From: Chiloscyllium plagiosum
Taxonomy: Eukaryota
Reading direction: 5' to 3'
Assembly (NCBI RefSeq): GCF_004010195.1
Contig: NC_057749.1
Span: 23,775,484-23,795,483, forward strand
DNA: 20,000 bases
The notes beneath the pieces were generated by a model. It ran no database searches, was not told the DNA's origin, and saw nothing but the letters and a program-made list of their open reading frames with translations. Positions 19,598-20,000 of this stretch are shown piece after piece (within the stretch, counting starts at the first letter, position 1; each line of letters starts with the position of its first letter). Made by a program: the position numbers and the translations under genes.

Positions 19598-19839
19598 CAT
19601 CCCCATCCCCATCCCCGCTCTAATCCCAATGGAGAGGAGGGAAGGGGAGGGGGACAAGATAGCGGAAGGTGCGAAGGTTGGAGGGAGGGTGGGATGAGGA
19701 GCCGCCTGCATTGTGTGTCATCCCCATCCCCATCCCCGCTCTAATCCCAATGGAGAGGAGGGAAGGGGAGGGGGACAAGATAGCGGAAGGTGCGAAGGTT
19801 GGAGGGAGGGTGGGATGAGGAGCCGCCTGCATTGTGTGT
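19598..19839 (+). repeat. Perfect 121-bp tandem duplication, G-rich, starting in a (CATCCC)n repeat
   Basis: 19598-19718 is identical to 19719-19839. Confidence 0.95.
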
Positions 19840-19879
19840 GGGGGGAGGGGGGATTGAGCCCGGACTATCACACCATCAG

Positions 19880-20000
19880 ACCCTCACCCCACTCTCCTCC
19901 CCACTCCCACCTCCTCCCCCTTTCCCCTCTTTCCCATTTTCCCTCCTCTTCCACTCCCCCTGCTTTTTCCCACCCTTCCCACTTTCCCACTCCTCCCACT
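19880..20000 (+). repeat. C/T-rich low-complexity polypyrimidine tract
   Basis: Almost only C/T, with repeated ccccactc / tttccc motifs. Confidence 0.85.

Noticed and set aside
19343..19871. 122-aa and 83-aa ORFs
   Set aside because: They derive from low-complexity and duplicated G/C-rich sequence (GMGMGM, PIPIPI); no recognisable domain.

Overview
Repeat-dense, non-coding DNA from a vertebrate, almost certainly a cartilaginous fish (shark). It carries HE1-type V-SINEs, many CR1 LINE fragments, a Rex1/Babar fragment, a Tigger-like MITE, and a 30-N scaffold gap with an ~870 bp duplication across it. No intact host gene is evident; the listed ORFs are TE remnants or chance ORFs. The most interesting signal is three distinct families of short (100-520 bp) elements, mostly fold-backs. 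Their arms carry a minimal hammerhead-ribozyme core (CTGAnGA-N-stemII-GAAA-palindromic stemIII). One arm is always longer than the other, two copies have exact 12-13 bp target-site duplications, and one family retains what looks like the C-terminus of a Penelope-like ORF. This points to non-autonomous Penelope-derived, ribozyme-bearing retroelements. One copy (14652-14693, minus strand) has a fully intact core. All family calls are by eye, without database searches.
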